A stretch of DNA of 64,000 bases from Haloferacaceae archaeon (GTDB taxonomy: Archaea; Halobacteriota; Halobacteria; Halobacteriales; Haloferacaceae). The position numbers and the translations under genes were made by a program. The stretch spans positions 256 through 64,255 of the forward strand of contig JBDGUA010000014.1 in NCBI GenBank assembly GCA_042216345.1. Direction: 5' to 3'. Positions 19,349-29,917 of this stretch are shown here, one piece after another. Position 1 is the first letter of the stretch. Every line of letters starts with the position of its first letter. Under the pieces are notes generated by a model that saw only the letters and a program-made list of their open reading frames with translations, was not told where the DNA came from and did not search any database.

Positions 19349-20419
19349 TCACCGCCGAAGGCTCACGAGGAGCGACTCGTCGTCCTCGTCTCCCACGTCG
19401 GTCCGGTCGCCACCTCGCTCGTCCGCGTCCGCGACGCGAACCGCCACGAGTCCATCGGCGGCGAGGTCCTCCACGAGGCCGCGGAGCCACGCCCGGCCGT
19501 ACTCGCCCTCGGGCGCGTAGTCGACGCGCACGCGGGGCCCGAGTTCGTCCAGCGCGAGTTCGTCGTACTCGCCGAGCGTCCGGACCACTCGACCCCGCAT
19601 CTGTCGGCGACTCCCCTCGAACTCGGGTTGCTCGGGGACGTCGGGGGCGGTGAAGTCGCCGGTCTCGTAGGCGTGGCACCAGCGCCGCCAGGGGCAGCCA
19701 GCCTCGTCGCAGCGGGGTTTCTTCCCGCAGGCGACGCCGCCGAGTTCCATGATCGCGTTGTTCCAGACCCGCGACTCGCCGGGGGGCATGAGCGCGGCCG
19801 CGAGCGTCTCGAACTCGCCGTCGTCGTCTTCGACGTCGAAGGCGCGGTAGAGCACGCGCTTCACGTTGGTGTCGACCACGGCGTTCCCGTTGTCGAACGC
19901 GAACGACGCCACCGCGTTGGCCGTGTATGGCCCCACGCCCATCAGTTCGGAGAGCCCCTCGGGGTCCTCGGGGAACGCGCCGTCGTACTCCTCCACGATC
20001 TGGCCGGCGGCCTCGTGGAGGTACTTCGCGCGGTTGTTGTACCCCAGCGAGTGGTCGCTCCAGAAGGCGACCACGTCGGCCCGGTCGGCGGCGGCCAGGT
20101 CCGCGGCAGTCGGCCAGCGCTCGAGGAAGTCCTCCCAGGCGTCGACGACCCGGTCCAGCTGGGTCTGCTGGCTCATCACCTCCGAGACGAGGATCTCGTA
20201 GGGGTCGTCGGTCCGGCGCCAGGGGAACGCCCGGTGGTCGGCCTCGTACCACTCGACCAGCGCCCCCCGGACCGCTTCGAGGTCCCCGGGGACCCGCCCG
20301 GGGAGGTCTCCGGTGTCGACGTCCCCCTGGTCGACGTCGGGCTGGTCATCGCTGGCCTCGTCGCCGCCGGTCGACTGGTCGCCCTCGCCTCCCTCGCCGT
20401 TCCCGTCCGCATCTGCCAT
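19349..20419 (-). CDS. HhH-GPD superfamily DNA glycosylase (A/G-specific adenine glycosylase / MutY-like)
   Basis: PYEILVSEVMSQQTQ, LMGVGPYTANAV, DTNVKRV, and the 4-Cys cluster CGKKPRCDEAGCPWRRWC. Confidence 0.85.
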   Translation of the reverse strand: MADADGNGEGGEGDQSTGGDEASDDQPDVDQGDVDTGDLPGRVPGDLEAVRGALVEWYEADHRAFPWRRTDDPYEILVSEVMSQQTQLDRVVDAWEDFLERWPTAADLAAADRADVVAFWSDHSLGYNNRAKYLHEAAGQIVEEYDGAFPEDPEGLSELMGVGPYTANAVASFAFDNGNAVVDTNVKRVLYRAFDVEDDDGEFETLAAALMPPGESRVWNNAIMELGGVACGKKPRCDEAGCPWRRWCHAYETGDFTAPDVPEQPEFEGSRRQMRGRVVRTLGEYDELALDELGPRVRVDYAPEGEYGRAWLRGLVEDLAADGLVAVRVADADERGGDRTDVGDEDDESLLVSLRR

Positions 20420-20587
20420 CGTCCCTCCCTTGGTCGCCGGCGGCTTAGGGCCCCCGGTTCGGACACCGGCTCGGTCGCGCCGCGGGCTCCCACGCGCACG
20501 GCGTGTCGGGCCCGCGGGACGTCACGTCGCCGCGTCGCCACCGAGGAGACCGCAATCCGTATCCGCCAGCCCGCCCCAGACGGGGCC

Positions 20588-20908
20588 ATGAGCCTCGACG
20601 AACTCCAGACGGACATCGAAGCGACCTACGGCGACCTCGACGACGAGCTGACGGTCGAGCTCGACCGCCAGACAAAGAACGAACTGGCGATGCTGGCGGC
20701 GGCGTTCGAGGGCGACGCCGACGAACTGATCCGCCGTGGCGTCCACGCGCTGTTCCGCCAGACCGTCGACACCGGCGACCTGGACTTCCAGCTCCGCGGC
20801 GCCTACGACGTCACCTACGACGAATATCTCGCGGGCATGACCTACGACGAGATGACCGGCCGCGACCAGTACCCCCAGCGCGACGACGAGCGCCGTTACC
20901 AGATGTAG
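20588..20908 (+). CDS. Hypothetical small acidic protein
   Basis: ATG 20588 (MSLDELQTDIEATYGDLDD...). Acidic, haloarchaeal-type composition. The upstream part of ORF 19628..20908 looks non-coding. Confidence 0.5.
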   Translation: MSLDELQTDIEATYGDLDDELTVELDRQTKNELAMLAAAFEGDADELIRRGVHALFRQTVDTGDLDFQLRGAYDVTYDEYLAGMTYDEMTGRDQYPQRDDERRYQM

Positions 20909-20959
20909 GCGGGCGGCGCGACCAGCTGTAGGCGGGCGCCGTTACCAGCTGTAGACGGG
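20891..20959. repeat. 23-bp tandem repeat x 3 (CGCCGTTACCAGMTGTAGRCGGG). The first unit contains the last codons and stop of CDS 20588..20908.
   Basis: Units at 20891..20913, 20914..20936 and 20937..20959, read directly. Confidence 0.85.
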
Positions 20960-21037
20960 CGACGCTTCCGACCCAGGGGCGACGTTACGCTTCGAACGGA
21001 GAGAGCGAGTGAAGAAGAGAGACAGAGAGCGACCGCC

Positions 21038-23161
21038 TCAGCCGAGGTGCTCGGCGACGGCGGCGATGACGGCGTCTTCGACCGCGTCGCGGCGGCCCGA
21101 GAGGAACTCGATGCGGCCCTCGCGGACGCCGTAGGCGGTGATGCCGGCGTCGGAGACGGTCTGGCGGGCGACGTCGGCGACGTCGCGGACGTCCAGGTCG
21201 GCGGTGCTGCGGAGGTAGAGCTCGTCCATCCCGAGCGCGAGGGTCACGAACGGGCCGTCCCCGCGCTCGCGGCGGTGGAGCTCGTCCAGCAGCAGCGTGG
21301 TCGGCGGGAAGTCGAAGCGGTGGGTGTAGGCGTCGGCGTCGAGGATGGCGAAGCGGACGCCGCCGGCCTCCTCGATCTGCACGTTCGCCGTCGCCGTCTC
21401 GATCTCGGCCTCGAGCTTCTTGCGGAACTGCTCGCTCACGTGGCTCGCCAGGTCGCGGATGGACTCGGCCTCGGCGGCGACGGTCTCCTCCTCGAACAGC
21501 AGGTCCGTGACGAGTTCGCGCTTGCCCTCGTAGGACTGGTAGTACGCCTCGAGCGCGATGGCCTCACGGAGCTCCCGGAGGTCGTCGGCGTCGTAGCCGG
21601 CCTCGGTCGCGAGGTCGACGTAGGCCTGGGGGGCCTCCTCCCAGTAGCTCGCGGCGGGCAGGTGCGCGAGGTCGTCGCGGGCGTCGTCGTTGACGGCGGC
21701 GGCGAGGTTGGCCGCCAGCGCGCTCGTCGAGAGGTCGCCGGCCTCGACGCCGGCGATTCCGGGGTTGACGAGCGTGTCGACCTCGGCTTCGATCTCGGGG
21801 TCCGCGGCGGCGGCGTCGACGACGACCCGCGGGGCGCCGTAGGTGGCCAGCAGGCCCAGGCCGTCGGCGGAGGCGTCGGTCGATCCGGTGCCGACCAGCA
21901 GGACCAGCGGGAGCTTCTCGCCGTGGCGCTCGGCGCTCTGGAGCATCCGCGTCGCGTCGTTGGTCGCGGCGTCCATGCCGTAGACGGCGTCGTCGAGCGG
22001 CCGGCGGTCGAAGAAGTGGTACTCGGCGTCGGCCTTGGCGTGCTCCTCGCGGATCAGCGGCAGCACCGCGCGCTCGACGGCGGCGCCGGCGATGTAGCCG
22101 TCGGCGGTCGCGGCGTGGCGCACGACAATGGGACGCGTCTCGAGGACGGCGCGGCGGACCGCCTCGGCGGCGTCGGCCAGCTGCTCGGTGATCGCGCGGA
22201 CCGCCTCGTGGTCGGCCAGCGGCTTGATCGCCTCGGGGCGGGCCTTCGAGGTCAGCGCGTCGGCCATCCGGCGCTCGACCGCCTCGCGCTGCTCGCCCGA
22301 GAGCGCCTCCAGGGCCTCGGTCTCGACCTGGAGCTCGTCGCGGCGCACCTCGACCTCGCCGTCGAGTCGGACGACGTCGCCCTCGCCGATCTCGGGGTAG
22401 GCGCGGACGCCGGCCTCGACGAACGCGGCGGCGTCGACGACGCCGGACTCGTCGCGGAGCTCGAAGACGGTGGGGCCACCGGTCTGTCGGGCGGTCAGGA
22501 TCTCCGCCTCGATGCGGACCTGGTCGCCGACGTGGTCGCCGAGGTCGCCGATCGGGACGCGCTCGCGCTCGCCCGTCGGTTCGGAACCGTCGCGTTCGTC
22601 GGTGGTCCCGGTCTCCTCGCTCGTCGCTTCGGCGTCGGACTCGCTCGATTCGGCCGCCGGCTCGGACTCCTCGGCCTGCTCCCGTCCTGACTCTTCAGCC
22701 TCCCGACTCTGCTTCTCGGTCTTCTCCCGACCCGGCTCCTCGGCCTCCTCGTCGAACGTCGGCGTGGGGCGCTTCGAGACGCTGACGGTCTCGTCTTCCT
22801 CCTCGGCGGGCTCGTCGACGGGCTCGCCGTCGTTCTCGGCGCCGGGGTTGTGGATGCGGGCGCCGCGGAACTCGTCTTCGCGCTGGCGCTTCGACCAGGC
22901 GAGGTCGATGTTACCGTTCTCGCGGACGTTCTTCACCTGGACGAAGACGGTGTCGCCGGGCTCCCAGTCGAGGCTCTCGAGACGGCGGTCGAGTTCGCTG
23001 CGGTGCAGCAGCCCGGTCACCCCGGGCGAGAGGTCGACGAAGACGCCGAAATCGGCGTACCCGTCGACGGTTCCTCGGTAGAACCGGTTCGGTTTCAGTT
23101 GCTGGGGATCGTCTCCCCGAAAATCGAACCACACGTCTTCTTCGTGCGTGATCCAGTCCAT
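21038..23161 (-). CDS. RecJ-like DHH family phosphoesterase with an N-terminal S1 domain and an OB fold
   Basis: S1-like region RGTVDGYADFGVFVDL...GDTVFVQVKNV, a ~130-aa polyacidic linker, an OB-like segment, then a DHH/DHHA1-like C-terminal half. Confidence 0.75.
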   Translation of the reverse strand: MDWITHEEDVWFDFRGDDPQQLKPNRFYRGTVDGYADFGVFVDLSPGVTGLLHRSELDRRLESLDWEPGDTVFVQVKNVRENGNIDLAWSKRQREDEFRGARIHNPGAENDGEPVDEPAEEEDETVSVSKRPTPTFDEEAEEPGREKTEKQSREAEESGREQAEESEPAAESSESDAEATSEETGTTDERDGSEPTGERERVPIGDLGDHVGDQVRIEAEILTARQTGGPTVFELRDESGVVDAAAFVEAGVRAYPEIGEGDVVRLDGEVEVRRDELQVETEALEALSGEQREAVERRMADALTSKARPEAIKPLADHEAVRAITEQLADAAEAVRRAVLETRPIVVRHAATADGYIAGAAVERAVLPLIREEHAKADAEYHFFDRRPLDDAVYGMDAATNDATRMLQSAERHGEKLPLVLLVGTGSTDASADGLGLLATYGAPRVVVDAAAADPEIEAEVDTLVNPGIAGVEAGDLSTSALAANLAAAVNDDARDDLAHLPAASYWEEAPQAYVDLATEAGYDADDLRELREAIALEAYYQSYEGKRELVTDLLFEEETVAAEAESIRDLASHVSEQFRKKLEAEIETATANVQIEEAGGVRFAILDADAYTHRFDFPPTTLLLDELHRRERGDGPFVTLALGMDELYLRSTADLDVRDVADVARQTVSDAGITAYGVREGRIEFLSGRRDAVEDAVIAAVAEHLG

Positions 23162-23271
23162 TGAGTGGAACCTGAAGGTGCTGCCTAAAACGATTGTCGA
23201 AACGGAGGTGCCGTGAATCGTCTACGCGTGCGCACCTGCCGGAGCACCGCCGGGGTCGAGAAATCCGGCCC

Positions 23272-23535
23272 TCACTCGAAGACGGTCCCCTCCTCGCGGA
23301 GGTCCTCGAGGTCCCGGGCGACCGCCAGCGCCTGCTCGGGGTCGAGCGCGACCTCGACCTCGTTGCCCTCGCCGTCCTCGAAGCCGAGCTTGACCTGGCT
23401 GTCGCCGAACGCCCGGGCCCCGGCCTCCTCGACGTGGTAGAGTTTCACCGTCGCGCCCGTCGTGGGGGCGCCGACGTGCTTGACCGTTCCCTCCTCGAGT
23501 TCCACCGCGAAGTCGTCCAGGTCGATGGTGAGCAT
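23272..23535 (-). CDS. Hypothetical small acidic protein
   Basis: ATG 23535 (MLTIDLDDFAVELEEG...). Coding-like acidic composition. Confidence 0.5.
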   Translation of the reverse strand: MLTIDLDDFAVELEEGTVKHVGAPTTGATVKLYHVEEAGARAFGDSQVKLGFEDGEGNEVEVALDPEQALAVARDLEDLREEGTVFE

Positions 23536-23587
23536 GGCAGCAGCTACGACGGCGGACACCTAAATGGTGGGCGACCCGGCAGGGGCG

Positions 23588-24040
23588 TCACCCGAGCATC
23601 TCACGGCGCGCCGTCATGATGAGGCCGCTCGCGAGCATCAGGGCCGCGACGGCGACCATGCCGGCGTCGAAGCCCATGGCGCCGCCCCCCATCCCCCCGC
23701 CCATGCCGCCGCCCATCCCGCCGTCCATCGGCGTCGCGGTCCAGAGCCAGGCCTGGTTCAGCAGCATGAGCACGGCGTAGACGATCATCAGCGGACCGCT
23801 CGCCCCGCCGAGTCGCGCCGCCGCGGGCGTCAGCAGCACGACCCCGTGGAGCAGGACGACCAGCCCCAGCAGGAGCATGAACCACGCCGCCAGCGTCATC
23901 CCCCACCCAGTCGTCGCCAGATACAGCGAGTAGACGCCCGAGACGAGGGCGATGCTGCTCCCGTAGAGTCGCATGGTCGAGAGCCGCTCTCCCATCGAGC
24001 GTCGGTTCGTCGTCGAGCCCGGGTCTGTCGCGTCGTCCAT
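23588..24040 (-). CDS. Hypothetical membrane protein with a (GGM)n tract
   Basis: ATG 24040. Four hydrophobic segments. MDGGMGGGMGGGMGGGAMG repeat. Confidence 0.55.
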   Translation of the reverse strand: MDDATDPGSTTNRRSMGERLSTMRLYGSSIALVSGVYSLYLATTGWGMTLAAWFMLLLGLVVLLHGVVLLTPAAARLGGASGPLMIVYAVLMLLNQAWLWTATPMDGGMGGGMGGGMGGGAMGFDAGMVAVAALMLASGLIMTARREMLG

Positions 24041-24121
24041 GGGACCACCTCGCACTGCGCTCACTTGAGTGTCGGGCGCCCTGACCCGGCGCGAATCGGC
24101 GGCTCCCCTGGCCCGGTCGCG

Positions 24122-24727
24122 TCAGCCGAGCAGCCCCAGCGCCGTCAGCACCGCCTCGCCGGCGGCGAAGCCCCCGAAGCCGTAGCCGAACAGGGCCGCG
24201 GCGGGGACCGCGCCGGCGACGGCGGCCCGCGGGAGCGACGCGTCGTGGACCGCCGCGAGGCCGACGGCGAGCAGGACCGCCCCGTAGGCCGCACAGACGA
24301 GCCGCAGCCCGGGAACGGGAATCCCGGCGAGCGCACAGGGGGCGCTTGCGTAGGCGACCACCTGGACGGTCTGGCTGATGCCGCCGCGCTCGGGCACCAC
24401 CGCCATCAGCACCAGCGTCTGGACCGCCGCCGTCAGGTGCAGCGCCGCGGGCGCGAGGACGAGCCCGACCAGCAGGACGAGCAGCACCGCCGACAGCACC
24501 GGCCCCGCGCCGAGCCGCGGCAGCGACCCCGGATCGAGGGCGAGGCGCTCGAGGAGCACCGCGAGCGCGACGGCGACCGCGAAGGTCAGCCCCGGCGCCT
24601 GATCGCCGGGCGCCACGCCGTTGCGGAAGAACCGCCGGGGGCGGACGAGCACCTCGACCCACGCGCGGACCAGCGCCCGGGGTCCCCGGTCGCGCCCGCC
24701 GTGTGGCTCCTCGATCCACGTCGTCAC
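24122..24727 (-). CDS. Polytopic membrane protein, Yip1-like
   Basis: A cytoplasmic N-terminus (LVRPRRFFRNG) is followed by five hydrophobic segments. Confidence 0.55.
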   Translation of the reverse strand: MTTWIEEPHGGRDRGPRALVRAWVEVLVRPRRFFRNGVAPGDQAPGLTFAVAVALAVLLERLALDPGSLPRLGAGPVLSAVLLVLLVGLVLAPAALHLTAAVQTLVLMAVVPERGGISQTVQVVAYASAPCALAGIPVPGLRLVCAAYGAVLLAVGLAAVHDASLPRAAVAGAVPAAALFGYGFGGFAAGEAVLTALGLLG

Positions 24728-24818
24728 ACCCGGAGGTGGTCGCTCGGCCAGTATGTGCGTTGCGACACGCGGCCACCACCTCCCCCGCCGCGAGAGTTAA
24801 GCGCGACGGGACGGTACA

Positions 24819-25280
24819 GTGACACGAACGATCGTGACGGTCTACGAGCGGATCCTGGTGCCGACCGACGGGTCGCCGACCAGCGAGCGCGCCCTCCGCC
24901 ACGCCGCCGACCTCACCGCGGCCCTCGGGGCGGACCTGCTGGTCGTCACCGTCCTCGACGTCGCGACCTACGCGGGCCTCCCGATGGAGACCGCCTGGGA
25001 GGGGATCGACGACGTGCTTCGCTCCGACGCCCGGGCGGCCCTGACCGACGCCCAGCGCGTCCTGGAGGGCCGCGGTGTCGCTTCGGAGACCCACCTGCTC
25101 GAGGGCGAACCGACCCGTGAGATCGTCCGCTTCGCCGAGCGCGCCGACTGCGACCTGATCGTCATGGGGACCCGCGGTCGCGGCGGGATCGACCGCCTGC
25201 TGCTCGGCAGCGTCGCCGAGGCCGTCGTCCGCAGCGCCGACGTCCCCGTCACGACCGTCCGGAACGCCGACGGCGAGTAG
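24819..25280 (+). CDS. Universal stress protein (UspA family)
   Basis: ILVPTDGSPTSERAL ... MGTRGRGGIDRLLLGSVAEAVVR. Confidence 0.9.
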   Translation: MTRTIVTVYERILVPTDGSPTSERALRHAADLTAALGADLLVVTVLDVATYAGLPMETAWEGIDDVLRSDARAALTDAQRVLEGRGVASETHLLEGEPTREIVRFAERADCDLIVMGTRGRGGIDRLLLGSVAEAVVRSADVPVTTVRNADGE

Positions 25281-25281
25281 C

Positions 25282-25731
25282 CTACTCGCTGCCCACCGTC
25301 TTCCGGCCCGTGACCGTGTCGGGGTCGAGTTCGAACAGTTCGTAGTCGACGTCCTCGATCGACTCGCCGAACACCCGGAACGGCGGGAACCACTCGTTGA
25401 TGTCGGCGTCGGTGATCGCGGCCCGCTCGGCGGCGTCGATGCGCGCGATCGGGCCGCGCAGCAGCACGCTCCAGGACTCGTCCTCCTCGGGCGCCTCGTA
25501 CAGCAGGAGCGTCGCCCGCTCGGTCGTCTCCAGGAACCCCATCTTCTCGCTGTCGTCGTCGGCCCCGAGGCGCAGGAGCACCCGCCCCTCGTCGTAGTGG
25601 AACGCGACCGGGATGGCGTAGGCCTCCCCGTCGCGGGCCAGCGAGAGGACGCCGAACTCGGCCGCCCGCACCCGCTCCTCGACCTCCTCGTCGGTCATCC
25701 CGGTCGTGTACGTGTATTCGACGTGGTCCAC
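25282..25731 (-). CDS. Pyridoxamine 5'-phosphate oxidase family protein
   Basis: FGVLSLARDGEAYAIPVAFHYDEGRVLLRLG, typical of the split-barrel FMN-binding family. Confidence 0.7.
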   Translation of the reverse strand: MDHVEYTYTTGMTDEEVEERVRAAEFGVLSLARDGEAYAIPVAFHYDEGRVLLRLGADDDSEKMGFLETTERATLLLYEAPEEDESWSVLLRGPIARIDAAERAAITDADINEWFPPFRVFGESIEDVDYELFELDPDTVTGRKTVGSE

Positions 25732-25831
25732 AGTGCCAGTCTTTCGCTCCCCCGGGATATAGAGTCTCCCCGCAAATAGCGGGATCGGCGGGGGCCGTCC
25801 CGCGGCGCTCCCGCGCCGAGCACCCCACTCC

Positions 25832-26806
25832 TCAGCGGTCGGGTCCCGTCGGTCGCAGGTGTTCGCAGTCGCCGGCGTGGACGGTGACCTCGCCGTCGTC
25901 GGTCCGGACCACCAGCGCGCCGGGGTCGACCACGTCGACGGCCTCCCCCTCGACGACGCCGCCGGGCGTGTCGACGCGCACCCGCCGCCCCAGCGTGGTC
26001 GCGAGGTCGCGCCACGCCGGCAGCACCGCCTCGGGCGCGCTCCGCAGCGCGTGGAACTCCTCCAGCAGGCGCTGGACGAACCGCCGCCGGTCGACGTCCG
26101 ACCCGCGCTGGTCCCGGAGGCTCGTCGCCCCCGCCGGCAGCGCCGCGGCGTCGACGTTGGCGTTGACGCCGACGCCGACGACCAGCCACGACACCCGGTC
26201 GGCCTCGCCCTCCATCTCGGTCAGGACGCCCGCGAGTTTCAGGCCACCGCGGTCGCCCTCGACGAGCACGTCGTTGGGCCACTTGATCCCGGCGTCGACG
26301 CCGGCCTCCCGACAGGCCCGGGTGGTCGCCACCGCGGCGGCGAGGGTGAACAGCGGGACGTGCGCGGGCGGTCGCTCGGGCCGGAGCACCAGGCTCAGCC
26401 AGACCCCGCCCCGGGGGGCGCTCCACGCCCGGTCCAGCCGTCCCCGCCCGCCGGTCTGCTCGTCGGCGACGACGACCACGTCCTCCGCGACGTCCCGGTC
26501 GTCGCCGGCGGCGGCGATCTCGCGGGCGCGGTCGTTGGTACTCCCGAGCGTGTCGTGGTACTCGACGACGTAGGGCGCCGCGAGGCCGTACTCGAGGGCT
26601 GCGGCGCCGTAGGCGGGCACGTCGCGCACCGCGTAGCCGCCGTCGCCGCTCTCGATCTCGAAGCCGGCGTCTCGAAGCGCCTCGACGGCCTTCCAGACGG
26701 CGGCCCGGGAGATCCCCAGGTCGTCGGCGAGGGCCGGCCCCGGGACCGGACCGTCCTCGAGGGCGTCGAGCAGCGCCCGCTGGGTGTCGCTCAACCGGGC
26801 GGGCAT
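25832..26806 (-). CDS. birA: Bifunctional biotin--[acetyl-CoA-carboxylase] ligase / biotin operon repressor-type BirA
   Basis: N-terminal HTH (LADDLGISRAAVWKAVEALR) and ligase core (GRGRLDRAW, GIKWPND). It starts 2 nt after the stop of the upstream carboxylase gene. Confidence 0.9.
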   Translation of the reverse strand: MPARLSDTQRALLDALEDGPVPGPALADDLGISRAAVWKAVEALRDAGFEIESGDGGYAVRDVPAYGAAALEYGLAAPYVVEYHDTLGSTNDRAREIAAAGDDRDVAEDVVVVADEQTGGRGRLDRAWSAPRGGVWLSLVLRPERPPAHVPLFTLAAAVATTRACREAGVDAGIKWPNDVLVEGDRGGLKLAGVLTEMEGEADRVSWLVVGVGVNANVDAAALPAGATSLRDQRGSDVDRRRFVQRLLEEFHALRSAPEAVLPAWRDLATTLGRRVRVDTPGGVVEGEAVDVVDPGALVVRTDDGEVTVHAGDCEHLRPTGPDR

Positions 26807-26807
26807 C

Positions 26808-28592
26808 TCACTCCAGGACGACCAGCGTGTCGCCCATGTCGACGCTGTCGCCCTCGCGGATGTGGACGCTGGCGACGGTGCCGCCGCGCTCGGCGACGAC
26901 GTCGTTCTCCATCTTCATCGCCTCGAGGACGCAGACGACGTCGCCGGCGGCGATCTCCTCGCCCTCCTCGACCCCGACCGAGAGGATCGTCCCCTGCATC
27001 TCGGCGGTGATCTGCTCGCCGTCGGCGGCGACGGCGGCGGCCTCGGACTCCTCGCTCGGCGTCGGTCGCTCCGGCCGCCCCGGGGCCGCCTCGCCCCCGG
27101 TCGGGATCGGCGGCGCGCCCCGCTCGGTGAGGTCGACCTCGAAGCGCTTGCCGTTGACCTCGACCGTGAACTCGCGTTCGGTGACCGCCTCCTCGTCCGC
27201 GGCGGCGGTCGTCTCGGCGGGCCCCCACTCCTCGACGGCGCGGGCGATCCGCTCCTCGTCGAGCTGTTCGTCGAGGTACTTGGTCGTGTGCTCGCCGGCG
27301 CGGAACGTCTCGTCGGTGAGCATGAGCCGGTGGAACGGCAGCGTCGTGTGCAGCCCCTCGATGGCGTACTCGTCGAGGGCGCGCTCCGAGCGGGCGAGAC
27401 ACTCCTGGCGGTCGCTCCCGTAGACGACGAGCTTGGCGATCATCGAGTCGTAGTCGCCGCTGATCTCGTCGCCCTGGCGGAGGGCGTCGTCGACGCGGAC
27501 GCCGATCCCGCCCGGCGGGTCGTAGGTCGCCAGCGTCCCCGTCCCTGGCGCGAACTCCTCGGCCGGGTTCTCGGCGTTGACGCGGTACTCGACGGCGTGG
27601 CCGCGGTGGTCGACGTCGGACTGCTCGAAGTCGAGTTCCTCGCCGGCGGCGACCCTGAGCTGCCACTTCACGATGTCGATGCCGGTGATCTCCTCGGTGA
27701 CGGTGTGCTCGACCTGGATGCGGGTGTTCACCTCCAGGAAGTAGAACTCGCCGTCCTCGACGAGGAACTCGACGGTGCCGGCGTTGGTGTAGCCGGCCTC
27801 GCTGACGCCCCGTCGGGCGGCCTCGCCGATCTCGATCCGGAGCGCCTCGTCCAGCGCGGGCGAGGGGGCCTCCTCGATCACCTTCTGGTGGCGCCGCTGG
27901 AGCGAGCAGTCGCGCTCGCCGAGGTGGCGGACGTTGCCGTGCTCGTCGGCGAGGATCTGCACCTCGACGTGGCGCGGGTCCGACAGGTAGCGCTCGACGT
28001 AGACCGCGTCGTTGTCGAAGTAGGCCTCGCCCTCGCGCCTGGCGGCCTCGAACTGGGCGTCGACCTCGTCGGGGCCCTCGACGACCTTCATGCCCTTGCC
28101 CCCGCCGCCGCCCTCGGCCTTGATGGCGACCGGGTAGCCGTGCTCGTCGGCGAACGCCCGCACCTCGTCGGCGGACTCGGCGGGGTCGGTCGTCCCGGGG
28201 ACGACCGGGACGCCCGCCGCCTGCATGTGCGAGCGGGCGCTGGTCTTCTCGCCGAGGCGCTCCATCGCGTCGGCGGGCGGGCCGACCCAGACGAACTCGC
28301 TGGCCTCGACCTGGCGGGCGAAGTCGGCGTTCTCCGCCAGGAAGCCGTAGCCCGGGTGGACCGCGTCGGCGCCGGCCCGGCGGGCCGCCTCGAGGACGGC
28401 GTCGGCGTCGAGGTACGACTCGCTGGCCGGCGCGGGGCCCACGTTGTACGCCTCGTCGGCGTAGCGGACGTGGCCGGCGTCGGCGTCGGCCTCGCTGTAG
28501 ACGGCGACGGTCCGGACTCCGAGCTCCTCGCAGGCCCGCATGACCCGGACCGCGATCTCGCCCCGGTTGGCGACGAGGACCTTGCTGAACAT
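26808..28592 (-). CDS. Acyl-CoA carboxylase biotin carboxylase subunit fused to a biotin carboxyl carrier domain
   Basis: ATG 28592 ([20 protein letters not shown]). ATP-grasp GGGGKGM. C-terminal biotinyl motif EAMKMEN. Confidence 0.9.
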   Translation of the reverse strand: MFSKVLVANRGEIAVRVMRACEELGVRTVAVYSEADADAGHVRYADEAYNVGPAPASESYLDADAVLEAARRAGADAVHPGYGFLAENADFARQVEASEFVWVGPPADAMERLGEKTSARSHMQAAGVPVVPGTTDPAESADEVRAFADEHGYPVAIKAEGGGGGKGMKVVEGPDEVDAQFEAARREGEAYFDNDAVYVERYLSDPRHVEVQILADEHGNVRHLGERDCSLQRRHQKVIEEAPSPALDEALRIEIGEAARRGVSEAGYTNAGTVEFLVEDGEFYFLEVNTRIQVEHTVTEEITGIDIVKWQLRVAAGEELDFEQSDVDHRGHAVEYRVNAENPAEEFAPGTGTLATYDPPGGIGVRVDDALRQGDEISGDYDSMIAKLVVYGSDRQECLARSERALDEYAIEGLHTTLPFHRLMLTDETFRAGEHTTKYLDEQLDEERIARAVEEWGPAETTAAADEEAVTEREFTVEVNGKRFEVDLTERGAPPIPTGGEAAPGRPERPTPSEESEAAAVAADGEQITAEMQGTILSVGVEEGEEIAAGDVVCVLEAMKMENDVVAERGGTVASVHIREGDSVDMGDTLVVLE

Positions 28593-28882
28593 GCCCCATC
28601 GTTGTGACAGGCGCCACCTGATTCTGTCGGTCTCACGCGTCGCCACCGCGGCCCGCGCCGGCCACGTCGCCTCCGTCGGTCGGTCGGTCGGTCGCCGTGC
28701 CCCGCGGTCGCCGTGTCTCGACGCCACGAACCGACCAAACGTCTGCCGAAGTCCGAAATCTGCCCCGTTTGTCACGAGTCTGCGGGCGGTCATCCGGTAG
28801 AGTGTTCATACGTCCACTTCGTCGGCGGGGGAGGCGACGCAAATCCAAACCCCCTTAAGCACCGGCCCCCCAACGGTGGACA

Positions 28883-29917
28883 ATGTCAGTACGTATCGGG
28901 ATCCTCGGTGCGACCGGAGCGGTGGGGCAGCGATTCATCCAGCTACTCGACGGGCACCCGACCTTCGAGATCGCGGCGCTGACCGCCAGCGAGGCCAGCG
29001 CGGGCAAGAGCTACCGCGAGGCCGCCAAGTGGCGCGTCGACACCCCCATCCCCGAGGACGTGGGCGAGATGACCGTCCGCGAGACCGACCCCGCGGACAT
29101 CCCCGACGACGTGGATCTGCTGTTCTCCTCGCTGCCGTCGTCGGTGGGCGCCGAGATCGAACCCGACCTCGCCGAGGCCGGCTACGTGGTCTCCTCGAAC
29201 TCCAGCAACAGCCGGATGGCCGACGACGTCCCGCTGGTCATCCCCGAGGTCAACCCCGACCACCTGGGGCTGCTCGACGTCCAGCGCGACGAGCGGGGCT
29301 GGGACGGCGCGCTCCTGAAGAACCCCAACTGCTCGACCATCACGATGGTGCCGCCGCTGGCGGCGCTCCACCAGTTCGGCATCGAGCGCGTCCACGTCTC
29401 GACGCTGCAGGCGGTCTCCGGCGCCGGCTACTCCGGGGTCACCTCGATGGAGATCATCGACAACGTCCTGCCCCACATCGGCGGCGAGGAGGAGAAGATG
29501 GAGACCGAGAGCCGCAAGCTCCTCGGCGAGTTCGACGGCAGCGAGGTCCGCCTGCACGACATGGAGGTCTCGGCCTCCTGCAACCGGGTCCCCTCGCTCG
29601 ACGGCCACCTGGAGAACGTCTGGGCCGACCTGGTCGAGAACCCCACCGTCGCCGCCGTCGCCGAGGCGATGCGGGAGTACCCCGGGCTGGACCTCCCGAG
29701 CGCCCCCGACCAGCTCATCCACGTCTTCGAGGAGCCCGACCGCCCGCAGCCCCGCCTCGACCGCATGCGCGGCGACGGCCAGCAGCTCTCGACGGGCGGC
29801 ATCCAGGAGACCCCCCGCGGCGTCCAGTTCAACTGCCTCGCGCACAACACCATCCGCGGCGCCGCCGGCGCCAGCCTCCTGAACGGCGAACTGCTCGTCG
29901 AGGAAGGCTGGGTCTGA
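28883..29917 (+). CDS. asd: Aspartate-semialdehyde dehydrogenase
   Basis: GILGATGAVGQRF, NPNCSTI (active-site Cys), archaeal-type length of 344 aa. Confidence 0.9.
   Translation: MSVRIGILGATGAVGQRFIQLLDGHPTFEIAALTASEASAGKSYREAAKWRVDTPIPEDVGEMTVRETDPADIPDDVDLLFSSLPSSVGAEIEPDLAEAGYVVSSNSSNSRMADDVPLVIPEVNPDHLGLLDVQRDERGWDGALLKNPNCSTITMVPPLAALHQFGIERVHVSTLQAVSGAGYSGVTSMEIIDNVLPHIGGEEEKMETESRKLLGEFDGSEVRLHDMEVSASCNRVPSLDGHLENVWADLVENPTVAAVAEAMREYPGLDLPSAPDQLIHVFEEPDRPQPRLDRMRGDGQQLSTGGIQETPRGVQFNCLAHNTIRGAAGASLLNGELLVEEGWV

Noticed and set aside
28675-28694. A (GTCG)5 tetranucleotide microsatellite in the carboxylase/asd divergent spacer as a contingency locus
   Set aside because: It is only 20 bp long, non-coding and not obviously positioned relative to a promoter element. 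It is most simply a chance low-complexity run in GC-rich DNA.
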